From IMG/VR virus record IMGVR_UViG_3300026094_000002: a DNA stretch of 64,000 bases; one strand, given 5' to 3'. The first letter of the stretch is position 1. Each line of letters begins with the position of its first letter. The position numbers were made by a program, and so were the translations under genes. Below, one piece after another: positions 1-8,612 of the stretch. This stretch comes from a virus (taxonomy: Duplodnaviria; Caudoviricetes). The notes under the pieces are model-generated. The model did no database searches. It saw only the letters and a list, made by a program, of their open reading frames with translations, and had not been told where the DNA came from.

Positions 1-1375
1 CTGAAACTAATGGGGCTTCTACGAATGTTATTTCATTACCAGAAACAGTATAGGATGTTCCGGGCACCTGTGCGACACCGTTAATATATACCAGCACACC
101 TGCTGTTGTTGCTTCTTGATCCAAAGTGAACACTGTGGTGCTGTCGTCGCCTTCAATTATTTGACTGGTAATGAATGTAACATCGGTGCCCAATGATTCC
201 CACTCAACGCCGTCATATACTTCTATATAATTGACATCACTATTCCATCTTACTGTACCTGCTTCAGGATTAACTGGTCTTTCGGCTGTTGTGCCAATTG
301 GAACTATAATTCCAGTGGTATTATCAACTGTCACAACACTACTGCTTTCAGCAGAAATTATAAGATTACTATCTGATGAGATTTCATTATTATCAATAAC
401 AATATTATCAATAACGAGACGATTAGCAGTAACATTCCCCGTTACAGTCAAGGTAGAATTGTCAAATGAAAAATTATTATCAGTTGTTATGTGTCCTTGA
501 TTGTCTACAAAATAAACCAAAGTCGGAGTATCATTATCAACTATATTGACATTCGCAGCAGAAACAGAACTACCGTCGGCTGCTTGTAAATTTAAATCAT
601 CTAATGACGAAATAGTATTACCAGATATTTCAATATTATCAATATCAACAGCTACCCCATCAATATCAATTGCCCCCACACCGTCATAACGAACATTAGC
701 ATAAGTTGTCAACGTTTCGTCAGTATTAGTAAAAACTAATGCATTTTTATTTAAATATGGTAGGGTTAGTGCTGAATTCGCTACAATTGAATTGCCGGTA
801 ATCTCCCCGGGTATTGTTAAGTTGCCACCACCCGATATGTCGTTTTCAATATCAATACTATCAACAAATAAGGTTTCATTTACCGTTAAATTGCCTACTA
901 TACCAACATCATCGGTTAATCCAATGGTAAACGTAGTACCAGACAACTGAGATTGTATCTGATCAGTTGTCCCCTGTATTATAATAGTGTCACCAGCGTC
1001 TATTGTTTCGGTTGTCTCGGAATCGCTAATCTCAAATGTTGCATCAGAAATAGAATTCGCGACAAACTGCCGAGTGGCAGCGTCAGAGTTTGCTATAGGA
1101 TCTGCAAGATTATTGATGTTTACACCGGAAACATTAATATTGCCTGTAGGAGATAACTGTATCTCTCCTGCCGACACGATACCAGTTGCAGTAACAGAAG
1201 TGTTTCCTACTAAAATATTACCAACAATTTCAAGTTCTGATTCGGGAGATTGAGTACCGATGCCAACTCTGCTGTTTCCAACATCAAGATACAGAAGATT
1301 TCCTTGGATTGATAGATCGTCATCTCTTTGCAGGTTGTCCTGCAGCATCCGACCTGAAATTCTATTAATAGCCAT
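1..1375 (-). CDS. Virion structural / tail-fibre-like protein, truncated by the window edge
   Basis: Not in the ORF track because it runs off the edge. ATG at 1375 (MAINRISGRMLQDNLQRD...); the same frame reads ...TSYTVSGNEITFVEAPLVS at the edge. Upstream TAAATA (1391-1396) and AAGGA. Contains PIGTTAERP...GTVRWN and GDDSTTVFTL motifs seen in large myophage fibre/structural proteins. Confidence 0.8.
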   Translation of the reverse strand, partial: MAINRISGRMLQDNLQRDDDLSIQGNLLYLDVGNSRVGIGTQSPESELEIVGNILVGNTSVTATGIVSAGEIQLSPTGNINVSGVNINNLADPIANSDAATRQFVANSISDATFEISDSETTETIDAGDTIIIQGTTDQIQSQLSGTTFTIGLTDDVGIVGNLTVNETLFVDSIDIENDISGGGNLTIPGEITGNSIVANSALTLPYLNKNALVFTNTDETLTTYANVRYDGVGAIDIDGVAVDIDNIEISGNTISSLDDLNLQAADGSSVSAANVNIVDNDTPTLVYFVDNQGHITTDNNFSFDNSTLTVTGNVTANRLVIDNIVIDNNEISSDSNLIISAESSSVVTVDNTTGIIVPIGTTAERPVNPEAGTVRWNSDVNYIEVYDGVEWESLGTDVTFITSQIIEGDDSTTVFTLDQEATTAGVLVYINGVAQVPGTSYTVSGNEITFVEAPLVS

Positions 1376-1402
1376 ACCTATCCTTTTGAGTATTTATAGC
1401 CA

Positions 1403-1816
1403 TTAACCCGGTTGGTTGGTTGCTAAGTTATGAATAACATTAATAGTTTCGCCGGGTGGTGGTGGCGAAGTAAATGTGATATCTGTATTAGATCCTGTAA
1501 TTGAGTATGTCACAGGTGATTGGTAGATAGCACCAACAAACACAATTACTTGATTGGCTTCACTGACATCGGTACTCATTGTGAATGTTGTTGTACTACC
1601 ATCTCCTGTAAAGGAGTCAACAAAAATATCAGTCTCACCAGCAATGTTGACTGATTGCCACAATGAGCCATTGTAAAATTCTAAAGATCCAACATCAGTG
1701 TTATAGCGAAAACTTCCAAAAACCGCTGTCTCTGGTCGTGTAGTTGAATCACCAGTAGGAACGACTACACTCTTGGTAGCACTTCGCAATTCTCGGTTTT
1801 TAACAAAGTAACCCAT
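1403..1816 (-). CDS. Small virion structural protein (GDGSTTTF module)
   Basis: Start moved to ATG 1816, which overlaps the upstream stop (TAATG). Motifs PTGDSTTRP...FRYNTD and FTGDGSTTTF are shared with the neighbouring structural gene. Confidence 0.75.
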   Translation of the reverse strand: MGYFVKNRELRSATKSVVVPTGDSTTRPETAVFGSFRYNTDVGSLEFYNGSLWQSVNIAGETDIFVDSFTGDGSTTTFTMSTDVSEANQVIVFVGAIYQSPVTYSITGSNTDITFTSPPPPGETINVIHNLATNQPG

Positions 1817-2142
1817 TATACCTCTGTAAAACTTACGCAAGTATTAATAGCGTTAATTTCACTTGCTTGGATTTGAATTGTATCACCTTCGCTTAATAAT
1901 AATTTTTCACCACCAACAAAGAATTGATATGTGTCGTCCGCTGTTATTTCTAAATTAGATAAAACAACTGCAGATTCTACTATTGTTGAAAAATCATTAA
2001 TGTCACTTGGGACAAGATACACATCTACTGCTACAGGTGAATTACTTGTATTAGTAATGCTAAAAAAAGTTACAACAGTATCATCGACACTGGTATATAT
2101 TGTTTTTACACTGGTATCAACTGTGTTTACTGTTATTGCCAT
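1816..2142 (-). CDS. Hypothetical, probably structural protein
   Basis: 108-aa ORF, translationally coupled within the minus-strand structural run. Confidence 0.7.
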   Translation of the reverse strand: MAITVNTVDTSVKTIYTSVDDTVVTFFSITNTSNSPVAVDVYLVPSDINDFSTIVESAVVLSNLEITADDTYQFFVGGEKLLLSEGDTIQIQASEINAINTCVSFTEV

Positions 2143-2151
2143 TTAAAATCC

Positions 2152-2796
2152 TTAAAGTATTAATGCCAGTTTTCTGGCTCGTTTGTATGCGACTAACTCA
2201 TCTAATTCAGTTACATTTTGTACATAAACACCTGAATCACCGAGGTCTGGGGTGTTGCCATAGACCACTGTAGCGTTTGGAACAGCGGTGGGTGTATTTG
2301 ACTGTTGGAATAATGTCTGGCTACCATCTAAACCAATTGCATTATTTGCAACATCTACTGTGAAATAGTTAGTGCCACCAAATGCTGTTTCACCGGCTTT
2401 GTACTGTACTGCGTTTGTGTCTCCGCCGGGTGCCGCTGCGGATGAAGTGGCAAGTGGCTCATAGTTGCCGTTACCATCAAGGTCAACATCATCTGATACT
2501 TCCCACTGGTTTGCATTTGAGTTATAGCGTAACCCAGCCAAATCATTGGCACCGGTTTGTGCAATTATCCCAACCTCTGGAAAATCGCCGGTATTTTCTG
2601 CACCTAATACAATATAAGGGTCTTTGATTGTAGTTTCTTCAACATTGATGGTTGTTGTATTACCAGTTACAGACAAATTACCATCAATTTTTACGGTATG
2701 CGTTTGTATACTGACGTTATCTGTTGATACATCTCCTGTGCCCGGCTCAACCGTTATTAAATAATAGTTTCCAGCAATTTTATTATAGGTGCTCAT
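2152..2796 (-). CDS. Virion structural protein (fibre-like segment)
   Basis: 214-aa ORF with IDGNLSVTGNTTTIN...IKDPYIVL motif typical of myophage fibre-type proteins; TAAATA at 2815-2820 and AAGGA upstream. Confidence 0.7.
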   Translation of the reverse strand: MSTYNKIAGNYYLITVEPGTGDVSTDNVSIQTHTVKIDGNLSVTGNTTTINVEETTIKDPYIVLGAENTGDFPEVGIIAQTGANDLAGLRYNSNANQWEVSDDVDLDGNGNYEPLATSSAAAPGGDTNAVQYKAGETAFGGTNYFTVDVANNAIGLDGSQTLFQQSNTPTAVPNATVVYGNTPDLGDSGVYVQNVTELDELVAYKRARKLALIL

Positions 2797-2809
2797 AAAT
2801 CCCAGTCCT

Positions 2810-3388
2810 TCAAGTATTTATACTTGCAAGAAATGTATCAATATTGACTTCACTGTAATTTTCAATTTTGTTCAGTTTTGGAACTGTGGCAGATGTTTCT
2901 CCAATTACGCGGATAATTTTTGCATTCTTATATGTACCTAGAAGCGTTTTAATTTGATTAACCCAGTTACCAGCATATGTGGGAGGACCGCCAACTGCAC
3001 GATAGTTATTGGTACCTGCATATACATTGTTGAACACTTTATCAGAACTTCCAAAATCGTGTCCTATTAAATACACTTTGTGATGCCCCTGATCTAACGC
3101 CAATGCTACACTTGCTGGTCCCGAACTCCATCCTCGCCATTGTGCAGGTAAATCTAAAGACCCTTTCTTAGTATCTGGGCGTCTGGTATAAAATTTATTG
3201 TTTTTTGGGTAGCCTGTATTTTCAATCTCTTTGGCTATCCCTTGATCGGTCGCAACTAATACATCTGGGGTCATATCCCTGTATAATGCATTACACCCGT
3301 AGATACTTCCGTGTGATTCTAAAAGACTGATATCAATATTAGTGCGGCTGTTTCCATTGCCAATAGCATATGCAGTATAGTTTGCCAT
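2810..3388 (-). CDS. DUF115/Maf-like (glycosyltransferase-related) protein
   Basis: Likely start at MANYTAYAIGNG (3388). Motifs AIGNGNSR, IYGCNALYRD, PDVLVATD, WSSGP and VYLIGHDF match the DUF115/Maf-type pattern as recalled; not searched. Confidence 0.5.
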   Translation of the reverse strand: MANYTAYAIGNGNSRTNIDISLLESHGSIYGCNALYRDMTPDVLVATDQGIAKEIENTGYPKNNKFYTRRPDTKKGSLDLPAQWRGWSSGPASVALALDQGHHKVYLIGHDFGSSDKVFNNVYAGTNNYRAVGGPPTYAGNWVNQIKTLLGTYKNAKIIRVIGETSATVPKLNKIENYSEVNIDTFLASINT

Positions 3389-3410
3389 TATTTTACATAT
3401 CACATTTTGA

Positions 3411-3439
3411 TAAAAAAGAGTCCCGATTAACGGGACTCT
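3411..3439 (-). terminator. Rho-independent terminator
   Basis: AGAGTCCCG-N5-CGGGACTCT stem followed by a T-run on the minus strand, just after the 3464 stop. Confidence 0.8.
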
Positions 3440-3463
3440 GTAGATCATATTACATATGATAAT

Positions 3464-3967
3464 TTAGCTTGCATCTACTTGAACAGCAGATATTGTGACG
3501 TTGTCAACGCCATCAAGAATTGCCCGGTCACCAACATCTGGATCAGGTGCATTGAATGTAACAATGTAACTATTACCTTCAAAGTCTATTCCCCAACGGT
3601 TTGAGAAACGTGCCAAACGGAAAGCAACAGATGAATCATCAGTTGCTGTAACTGTCATTTCATTGTCTTCTAAAGTGCCATCGTCTTTGTCAACTAGGAA
3701 GCAAGGACCAACATTGCCGCCAACATTAACAAGATATTTTTTACTACCTTTTTGTCGAACGATGAATCCATCGCCTTCAGCGTTGTCGCCGACTTTTGCT
3801 CGACAAGTAATCTGCTTGTTACCAGAAAGTGATACATCACCACCAACAACACCGTAAGTGTTATCAGCACCTTCTGGCTTGTTGTAATACTCTGGATCTT
3901 GAGTTCTAATAGTACGATCTATATCGTTTGCTGTATTAGCGTTTGCAATTTTTAGTGGACGTCCCAT
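3464..3967 (-). CDS. Hypothetical late protein (MGRPLK... N-terminus)
   Basis: 167-aa ORF with strong AAGGAG RBS, its own TAAATA promoter and its own terminator. Confidence 0.8.
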   Translation of the reverse strand: MGRPLKIANANTANDIDRTIRTQDPEYYNKPEGADNTYGVVGGDVSLSGNKQITCRAKVGDNAEGDGFIVRQKGSKKYLVNVGGNVGPCFLVDKDDGTLEDNEMTVTATDDSSVAFRLARFSNRWGIDFEGNSYIVTFNAPDPDVGDRAILDGVDNVTISAVQVDAS

Positions 3968-4058
3968 TTGGTTTCTCCTTTTAGAAGTCCTTTGCGGGTT
4001 CTAGCCGCTACGCAGTGGGTTGTACGCTGCATAAAACACCGAATTGTGTTACTAATAG

Positions 4059-4064
4059 TATTTA
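4059..4064 (-). promoter_or_regulatory. T4-type late promoter (TAAATA)
   Basis: TAAATA upstream of a ~90-nt structured leader and the 3967 gene. Confidence 0.65.
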
Positions 4065-4142
4065 TGCAAATTCTTTTATCATCTTCGCCTTTAAAAGTGT
4101 CCAGTGATACAAATTTTGCATATAATTTTTTATTCCCATAAC

Positions 4143-4166
4143 AAAAAGTGGAACTAAAGTTCCACT
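4143..4166 (-). terminator. Rho-independent terminator
   Basis: AGTGGAAC-N4-GTTCCACT stem followed by TTTT on the minus strand, downstream of the 4217 stop. Confidence 0.7.
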
Positions 4167-4216
4167 AATTCTTTAAGATACTGTTTGTTATCCAATAGTT
4201 AAATCATGATCAAGTG

Positions 4217-4819
4217 TTATTCAACTATCCTATCCCAGTAGGTAGAGTTTGTAGGTTCAGTATTTGCTGGTACAGGTTGTAGTGCACGGTAATAATCCGT
4301 AGAATCACTTTCCTCAGAATAGAACTGCACAACATTCCCTTCAATATATGAGGTTTCTGGTTTCCAATATCGAATAGGTGCAGCACCTACAGTGAAATCA
4401 CACGTCATCGTGCTTCCCTCGGGAATTTTGATTTGCCACTGACCAAACAATTTACTTCTGTCATCTGGCTCGCCAGTATCAAATGGTTCGCCGTCCATTA
4501 ACACGTTATCATTGGTATCGCTGACGACGTCACCGTCGTCCTCGGTAATATAGATAGCATTATCCAATTCAGGATCACTCAATGAGTTTTCGCCGAGAAA
4601 CGTGCTCCGTGCATCACTATAACTCAATTCGCCACTCACTGCAGTTATTTCGAGTTTTCTGGTAACTTGTTCTTTGCCCTCTGTCCACGAAGCAATCTCA
4701 ATATCTGGTCCTGATGAAATAGCACCTGAAAAAACTTCTGAGTCATCAAGTTTAATAACAACTTCAGGGTTTTCTACTTCAGTGCTCCCATTTCCAAAAA
4801 TCTTTATTAGTCTATTCAT
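4217..4819 (-). CDS. Hypothetical protein with C-terminal CBM5/12-like carbohydrate-binding motif
   Basis: C-terminus WKPETSYIEGNVVQF...YYRALQ...YW resembles the W-x-P-x-x-x-Y-x-x-G-x-x-V chitin-binding-type motif; TAAATA at 4846-4851 and GGAG RBS. Confidence 0.6.
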   Translation of the reverse strand: MNRLIKIFGNGSTEVENPEVVIKLDDSEVFSGAISSGPDIEIASWTEGKEQVTRKLEITAVSGELSYSDARSTFLGENSLSDPELDNAIYITEDDGDVVSDTNDNVLMDGEPFDTGEPDDRSKLFGQWQIKIPEGSTMTCDFTVGAAPIRYWKPETSYIEGNVVQFYSEESDSTDYYRALQPVPANTEPTNSTYWDRIVE

Positions 4820-4879
4820 TTTTTAAACTCCAAATGTGTTAATGTTATTTATATTCGTTTTATAGATCATAATATCGCA

Positions 4880-5428
4880 CTATGCTTGTTCAGAACTTCT
4901 GTAAAAATCGTATCCAAATTGAAATTCTACTGCTGAACCATCATAAATTGGAAGATTGCCCATTCCATCATTGCCATCTCCGTGTCCTAATGCATAATGA
5001 TTTTTAAAATCATACCAGCCCGTTTCAGTACTTCCACTGAGTATAGGTTCAGATATTATGTCTCGATAGGGACCATTAGGAGTAAATTTTTCTTCTGTAT
5101 AAGACAAACCGTGCTCTGTGGTGTAGTTTTCTTTTGCGTCGACCAATAAAAGGTCTCCATTTTCTGATTCCACTTTTATATGCATTGATGGCAATCGTGA
5201 GTCCGGTAACTCGATTGGAGATTCTTCTTCATTTGGTGGGTAAGGAGCATCGACATCAACACTAATGACACGCGATTCCTCATGTTCGTGGAATGCAGTA
5301 AATTCTCCAGTATGATCAAAAGAAAAGGATTGGGTTTCTTGGTCGTCAACTGTAAAGTACACATTTGTAGGAACGTCTTGGGTTTTAGAGGTTACCTGAA
5401 AATAAAATTTTATCGTTTTGTTTGGCAT
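4880..5428 (-). CDS. Hypothetical protein
   Basis: 182-aa ORF with TAAATA at 5460-5465 upstream. Confidence 0.7.
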   Translation of the reverse strand: MPNKTIKFYFQVTSKTQDVPTNVYFTVDDQETQSFSFDHTGEFTAFHEHEESRVISVDVDAPYPPNEEESPIELPDSRLPSMHIKVESENGDLLLVDAKENYTTEHGLSYTEEKFTPNGPYRDIISEPILSGSTETGWYDFKNHYALGHGDGNDGMGNLPIYDGSAVEFQFGYDFYRSSEQA

Positions 5429-5515
5429 AGTTTTCTCTTTTTGAGTTTGTTCTATATACTATTTATATTAATGTTGAAATTAAAAGTAACGGATGCCGTA
5501 TTATTAATATCTTTT

Positions 5516-6505
5516 CTATGATGTTTTTTCTATAATCACTTTGTCAATATCTTTATTAACAACTCCTTCATACATTTTTCTGAAAAGGTTAAAGTTATTA
5601 CTGAAAATTTCAGTATGTTCAGCAATATAATCTTTTATATATTGTATATCATATTTTGCAAGTCGTTGGATTTCATCACAAATTTTTTCTATTCGCTTTT
5701 GGGGATCTAAAATTCTGTCATATGATTCATCAACAAGATCAGGAAATGTTTGGAATCCTAAATTATGTAAATCCTCAATAGTACCCGGTGAACTTACCTC
5801 AATAAATGGTCTTTTGGCTAATGCACATTTAACCAGTTTTTCACTATAACAAGGACCGTGTCCATGATAACTTGATTCACAGTTAATTATGATTCCGCAC
5901 CGTTTAGCATTATCAATATCTATTGTTGTCATCAATGGTGCCCATACTTCACCATCTACCCATTGTTCTGGAAAAAGTTCATAATCATGTTCTTTAATGC
6001 CCAAAAATCTATTAAAATTAGAATAAAATTTATTGCCATTTAAAAAAGACCATAGTGTATCTTCTAAAATTCCAGAATTTACTAAAAATTTCATTATGTA
6101 GTAATTATGATCATGTCTGCTTCCACTCAGTCGTTGAAATTTAAACTCTATTTTATCAATCTCTGAATTAGCCTGACTTACTTTGTTACATAATGCAAGG
6201 TCAAAATCAAATTTTGCATTTCCATATATCCTATACACGGCATTAAACCCAGATGATTGCAAAATATCAAAATAAAATTTGTCATTTACGTAGATTTTTT
6301 CATTTTTTAAATGATTAAAATATTTTGAACATAAAAAAACATATTCATCAAATGTTTTTGTAGGTTGTGAATTTTCTGCTATTACAAGTGCATATTTTTC
6401 TTCATTTTCAACACAGTTTTTAGCAAAATCATTGATTCTGAGTAGACACGCATCAAACGTTGATTCTTCAATGTATTCTACTAGTTCATAAAATGATTCT
6501 AACAT
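5516..6505 (-). CDS. Putative glycosyltransferase-like protein (GT10-like C-terminus)
   Basis: YSEKLVKCALAKRPFI...LHNLGFQTFPDLVDESYD; paralogous to 60688-61692. Confidence 0.5.
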   Translation of the reverse strand: MLESFYELVEYIEESTFDACLLRINDFAKNCVENEEKYALVIAENSQPTKTFDEYVFLCSKYFNHLKNEKIYVNDKFYFDILQSSGFNAVYRIYGNAKFDFDLALCNKVSQANSEIDKIEFKFQRLSGSRHDHNYYIMKFLVNSGILEDTLWSFLNGNKFYSNFNRFLGIKEHDYELFPEQWVDGEVWAPLMTTIDIDNAKRCGIIINCESSYHGHGPCYSEKLVKCALAKRPFIEVSSPGTIEDLHNLGFQTFPDLVDESYDRILDPQKRIEKICDEIQRLAKYDIQYIKDYIAEHTEIFSNNFNLFRKMYEGVVNKDIDKVIIEKTS

Positions 6506-6551
6506 TTGATTCTTTCCAATATTATATTAATAATATAATATTATTTAAACT

Positions 6552-7298
6552 TTAAGGTGAATACTTGTGCTTGCAATTTTTGCCGTGCCAGCGGGGGTAA
6601 GTGTTTACTGATATCATTTGATTACAATGAGGGCAGAGTTTTTTGGGCTTTGTTTTACCCAGATTAGATAAACTCCTACGAGCCTTTTCTTCCTCACTCT
6701 GTTTTCTTCCTTTCATTTTTGCACTAATCTTTGCACGTGTTTCTTCACTTACTTCGACACCATAACGGTGATTTTTTTCACCCTTATGTGCTTGGCTCAT
6801 TTTTTCTTTCCACTCTTTACTAAATGGTTTTCTTTTTCTGCCTGTCTGAGCTTTAATTTGTTTTGACCGTTGTTCTTTAGTTAGTTTATTGCCTATGTTC
6901 TTTTCACTAATAGTTCGTCTAGCTTCTTCAGAATGTGTGCGGCCATACATGGGGTTGTTTTCGCCAAGTATTCGTTGTCTTTGTATTTCAGCATATTCTA
7001 TTTTTAAATTTTCATATACTCTTGCAGTAATCTTATTAGTATAACGTTGACCTGATTTGTTTGCTCGCATCATACGCAATGCATATATCATTTTGTCTCT
7101 TTCTTCACCAACCGTAAACTTCGTCAAAAGCCAATGACAAATAAAATGTTCTCTTGCTGTTAAACATACAATGTTATCGGTCGTATCAAGTCCACCAAGA
7201 CTACGTGGTAAAATGTGGTGGCGTTCAAAATATCCATTAAGAACTCTATCTTTTGCACGGTCTACTATTTGCTCATACCATTTTTTATATTTATTCAT
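6552..7298 (-). CDS. HNH homing endonuclease with NUMOD3 repeats
   Basis: HHILPRSLGG...REHFICHWLL HNH core, GENNPMYGRTHSEE and GEKNHRYG...SEETRAKIS NUMOD3 repeats, C-terminal CPHC. Start at 7298, after the gp23 terminator and TAAATA (7304-7309). Confidence 0.85.
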   Translation of the reverse strand: MNKYKKWYEQIVDRAKDRVLNGYFERHHILPRSLGGLDTTDNIVCLTAREHFICHWLLTKFTVGEERDKMIYALRMMRANKSGQRYTNKITARVYENLKIEYAEIQRQRILGENNPMYGRTHSEEARRTISEKNIGNKLTKEQRSKQIKAQTGRKRKPFSKEWKEKMSQAHKGEKNHRYGVEVSEETRAKISAKMKGRKQSEEEKARRSLSNLGKTKPKKLCPHCNQMISVNTYPRWHGKNCKHKYSP

Positions 7299-7341
7299 AC
7301 TTTTATTTATATAAGTAAGCACAAAATAAAATATTGCAGAC

Positions 7342-7370
7342 AAAAAAAAACAGGGCCCGAAGGCCCTGTT
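7342..7370 (-). terminator. Rho-independent terminator after the major capsid gene
   Basis: AACAGGGCC-TTCG-GGCCCTGTT followed by a long T-run; cUUCGg tetraloop typical of T4-type terminators. Confidence 0.9.
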
Positions 7371-7395
7371 CAAACTTAAACTTTTAAGTTTAGTT

Positions 7396-8583
7396 TTAGC
7401 TGAAGCTTAGATTATTAACGGCGATTTCACCGACATAATCTCCAGCGTTACCGAACGAACTGGCAGTATTTGTCAATTCTATATATCCGTACCTCGTCAT
7501 AAAGCTGACTACTGGCTCGAATGTGGACGGATCCAGTACCACACCACTGCTCATCAATGGAATGTATGGGCAGTAGAATGCAGGTGCGTCGGCCTCGCTT
7601 GAACCCTTATAACCAACGAGAACAGGTGTGTTATCATTAGCATAAGAATCAACGAATACACGCATAGCACCGTTGAGTGTACCGACAAACTTGGTGTTTG
7701 TTGGTGCTTCAAATGTACCTTCTGTGCTGCGAGCAAATGCGGATGTTGTAGCACTCTGGAGGACTGTAAGAGCCTGAGGGCTAACAACGGCATAGTTACC
7801 AGCACCACGACGGGTACGCTGTGCAATCTTGTTGGCAACACGGTTAACGAGAACTGCAAGAGCAGCGTGCTCATCACCGACGAATGTGCCAGTACCGGAA
7901 ACTGTTGACTGGTCAAAAGTCTCTTCAACGGCAGCTAGGCTGCGAAGGCTGAGGAGAATCTCCTGATCAATTTCAGCAGTAATTTCCTGTGCAAGAGCAG
8001 CCATGACTTCTGCCTCGACATCGATACCGTGCATGGACTGTGCGTCCTGAGCGGCTTCGAATGTCCAGCGAGCCTGTAGCTTACGTGTCTTGGCTTCAAC
8101 TGCCTGTTTGAGAATCTGTACGGAAATATTACGTCCGCCAGCACCCTCTAGACCGGCTGTTGGTGAGCCACGGAAATCGTTAGCTGTATCGCCGACACTA
8201 GCAGAATATGCCTGTGCAATCTTGAAGGGGCTTAGTGCCTCTTCACCAGCAGTTGTGCTTGTGCTTGCTGCTGAGTTGTCAGTAACACCGTCGCCATAAC
8301 GCACACGTAGTGTGTGGATCTGACCAACAGGTCCTGTCATTGGCTGAACACCAACGAGTTCGTTAGCAATAACTGTTGGCATAACACGACGGATAACTGG
8401 TAGTATTACACGGTTAAGTGTAGCAACGTTACCTGCCATGGTGGTACCTGCAGCAGATTCCTTGAGATGCTGACGCGTATTCTCAAGGATAACCTTCATG
8501 CTGGAGCGACGTGACCCCTGTAGTCCTTCTAACAGGGCGTCTTTAGTCTCGTTCCAACGGCCTTCGAGTAGTTCTTGTGACAT
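7396..8583 (-). CDS. gp23: Major capsid protein, T4 gp23-like
   Basis: ILPVIRRVMPTVIANELVGVQPMTGPVGQI, AKTRKLQARWTFEAAQD, EIDQEI, FYCPYIPL and FMTRYG motifs; strong AAGGAG RBS. Confidence 0.95.
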   Translation of the reverse strand: MSQELLEGRWNETKDALLEGLQGSRRSSMKVILENTRQHLKESAAGTTMAGNVATLNRVILPVIRRVMPTVIANELVGVQPMTGPVGQIHTLRVRYGDGVTDNSAASTSTTAGEEALSPFKIAQAYSASVGDTANDFRGSPTAGLEGAGGRNISVQILKQAVEAKTRKLQARWTFEAAQDAQSMHGIDVEAEVMAALAQEITAEIDQEILLSLRSLAAVEETFDQSTVSGTGTFVGDEHAALAVLVNRVANKIAQRTRRGAGNYAVVSPQALTVLQSATTSAFARSTEGTFEAPTNTKFVGTLNGAMRVFVDSYANDNTPVLVGYKGSSEADAPAFYCPYIPLMSSGVVLDPSTFEPVVSFMTRYGYIELTNTASSFGNAGDYVGEIAVNNLSFS

Positions 8584-8612
8584 TTATATGTCTCCTTTTT
8601 CCTTTTAAAGTA

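Noticed and set aside
4065-4140. 25-codon minus-strand ORF (MGIKNYMQNL...)
   Set aside because: Too short, no RBS, lies just after a terminator; no supporting evidence.
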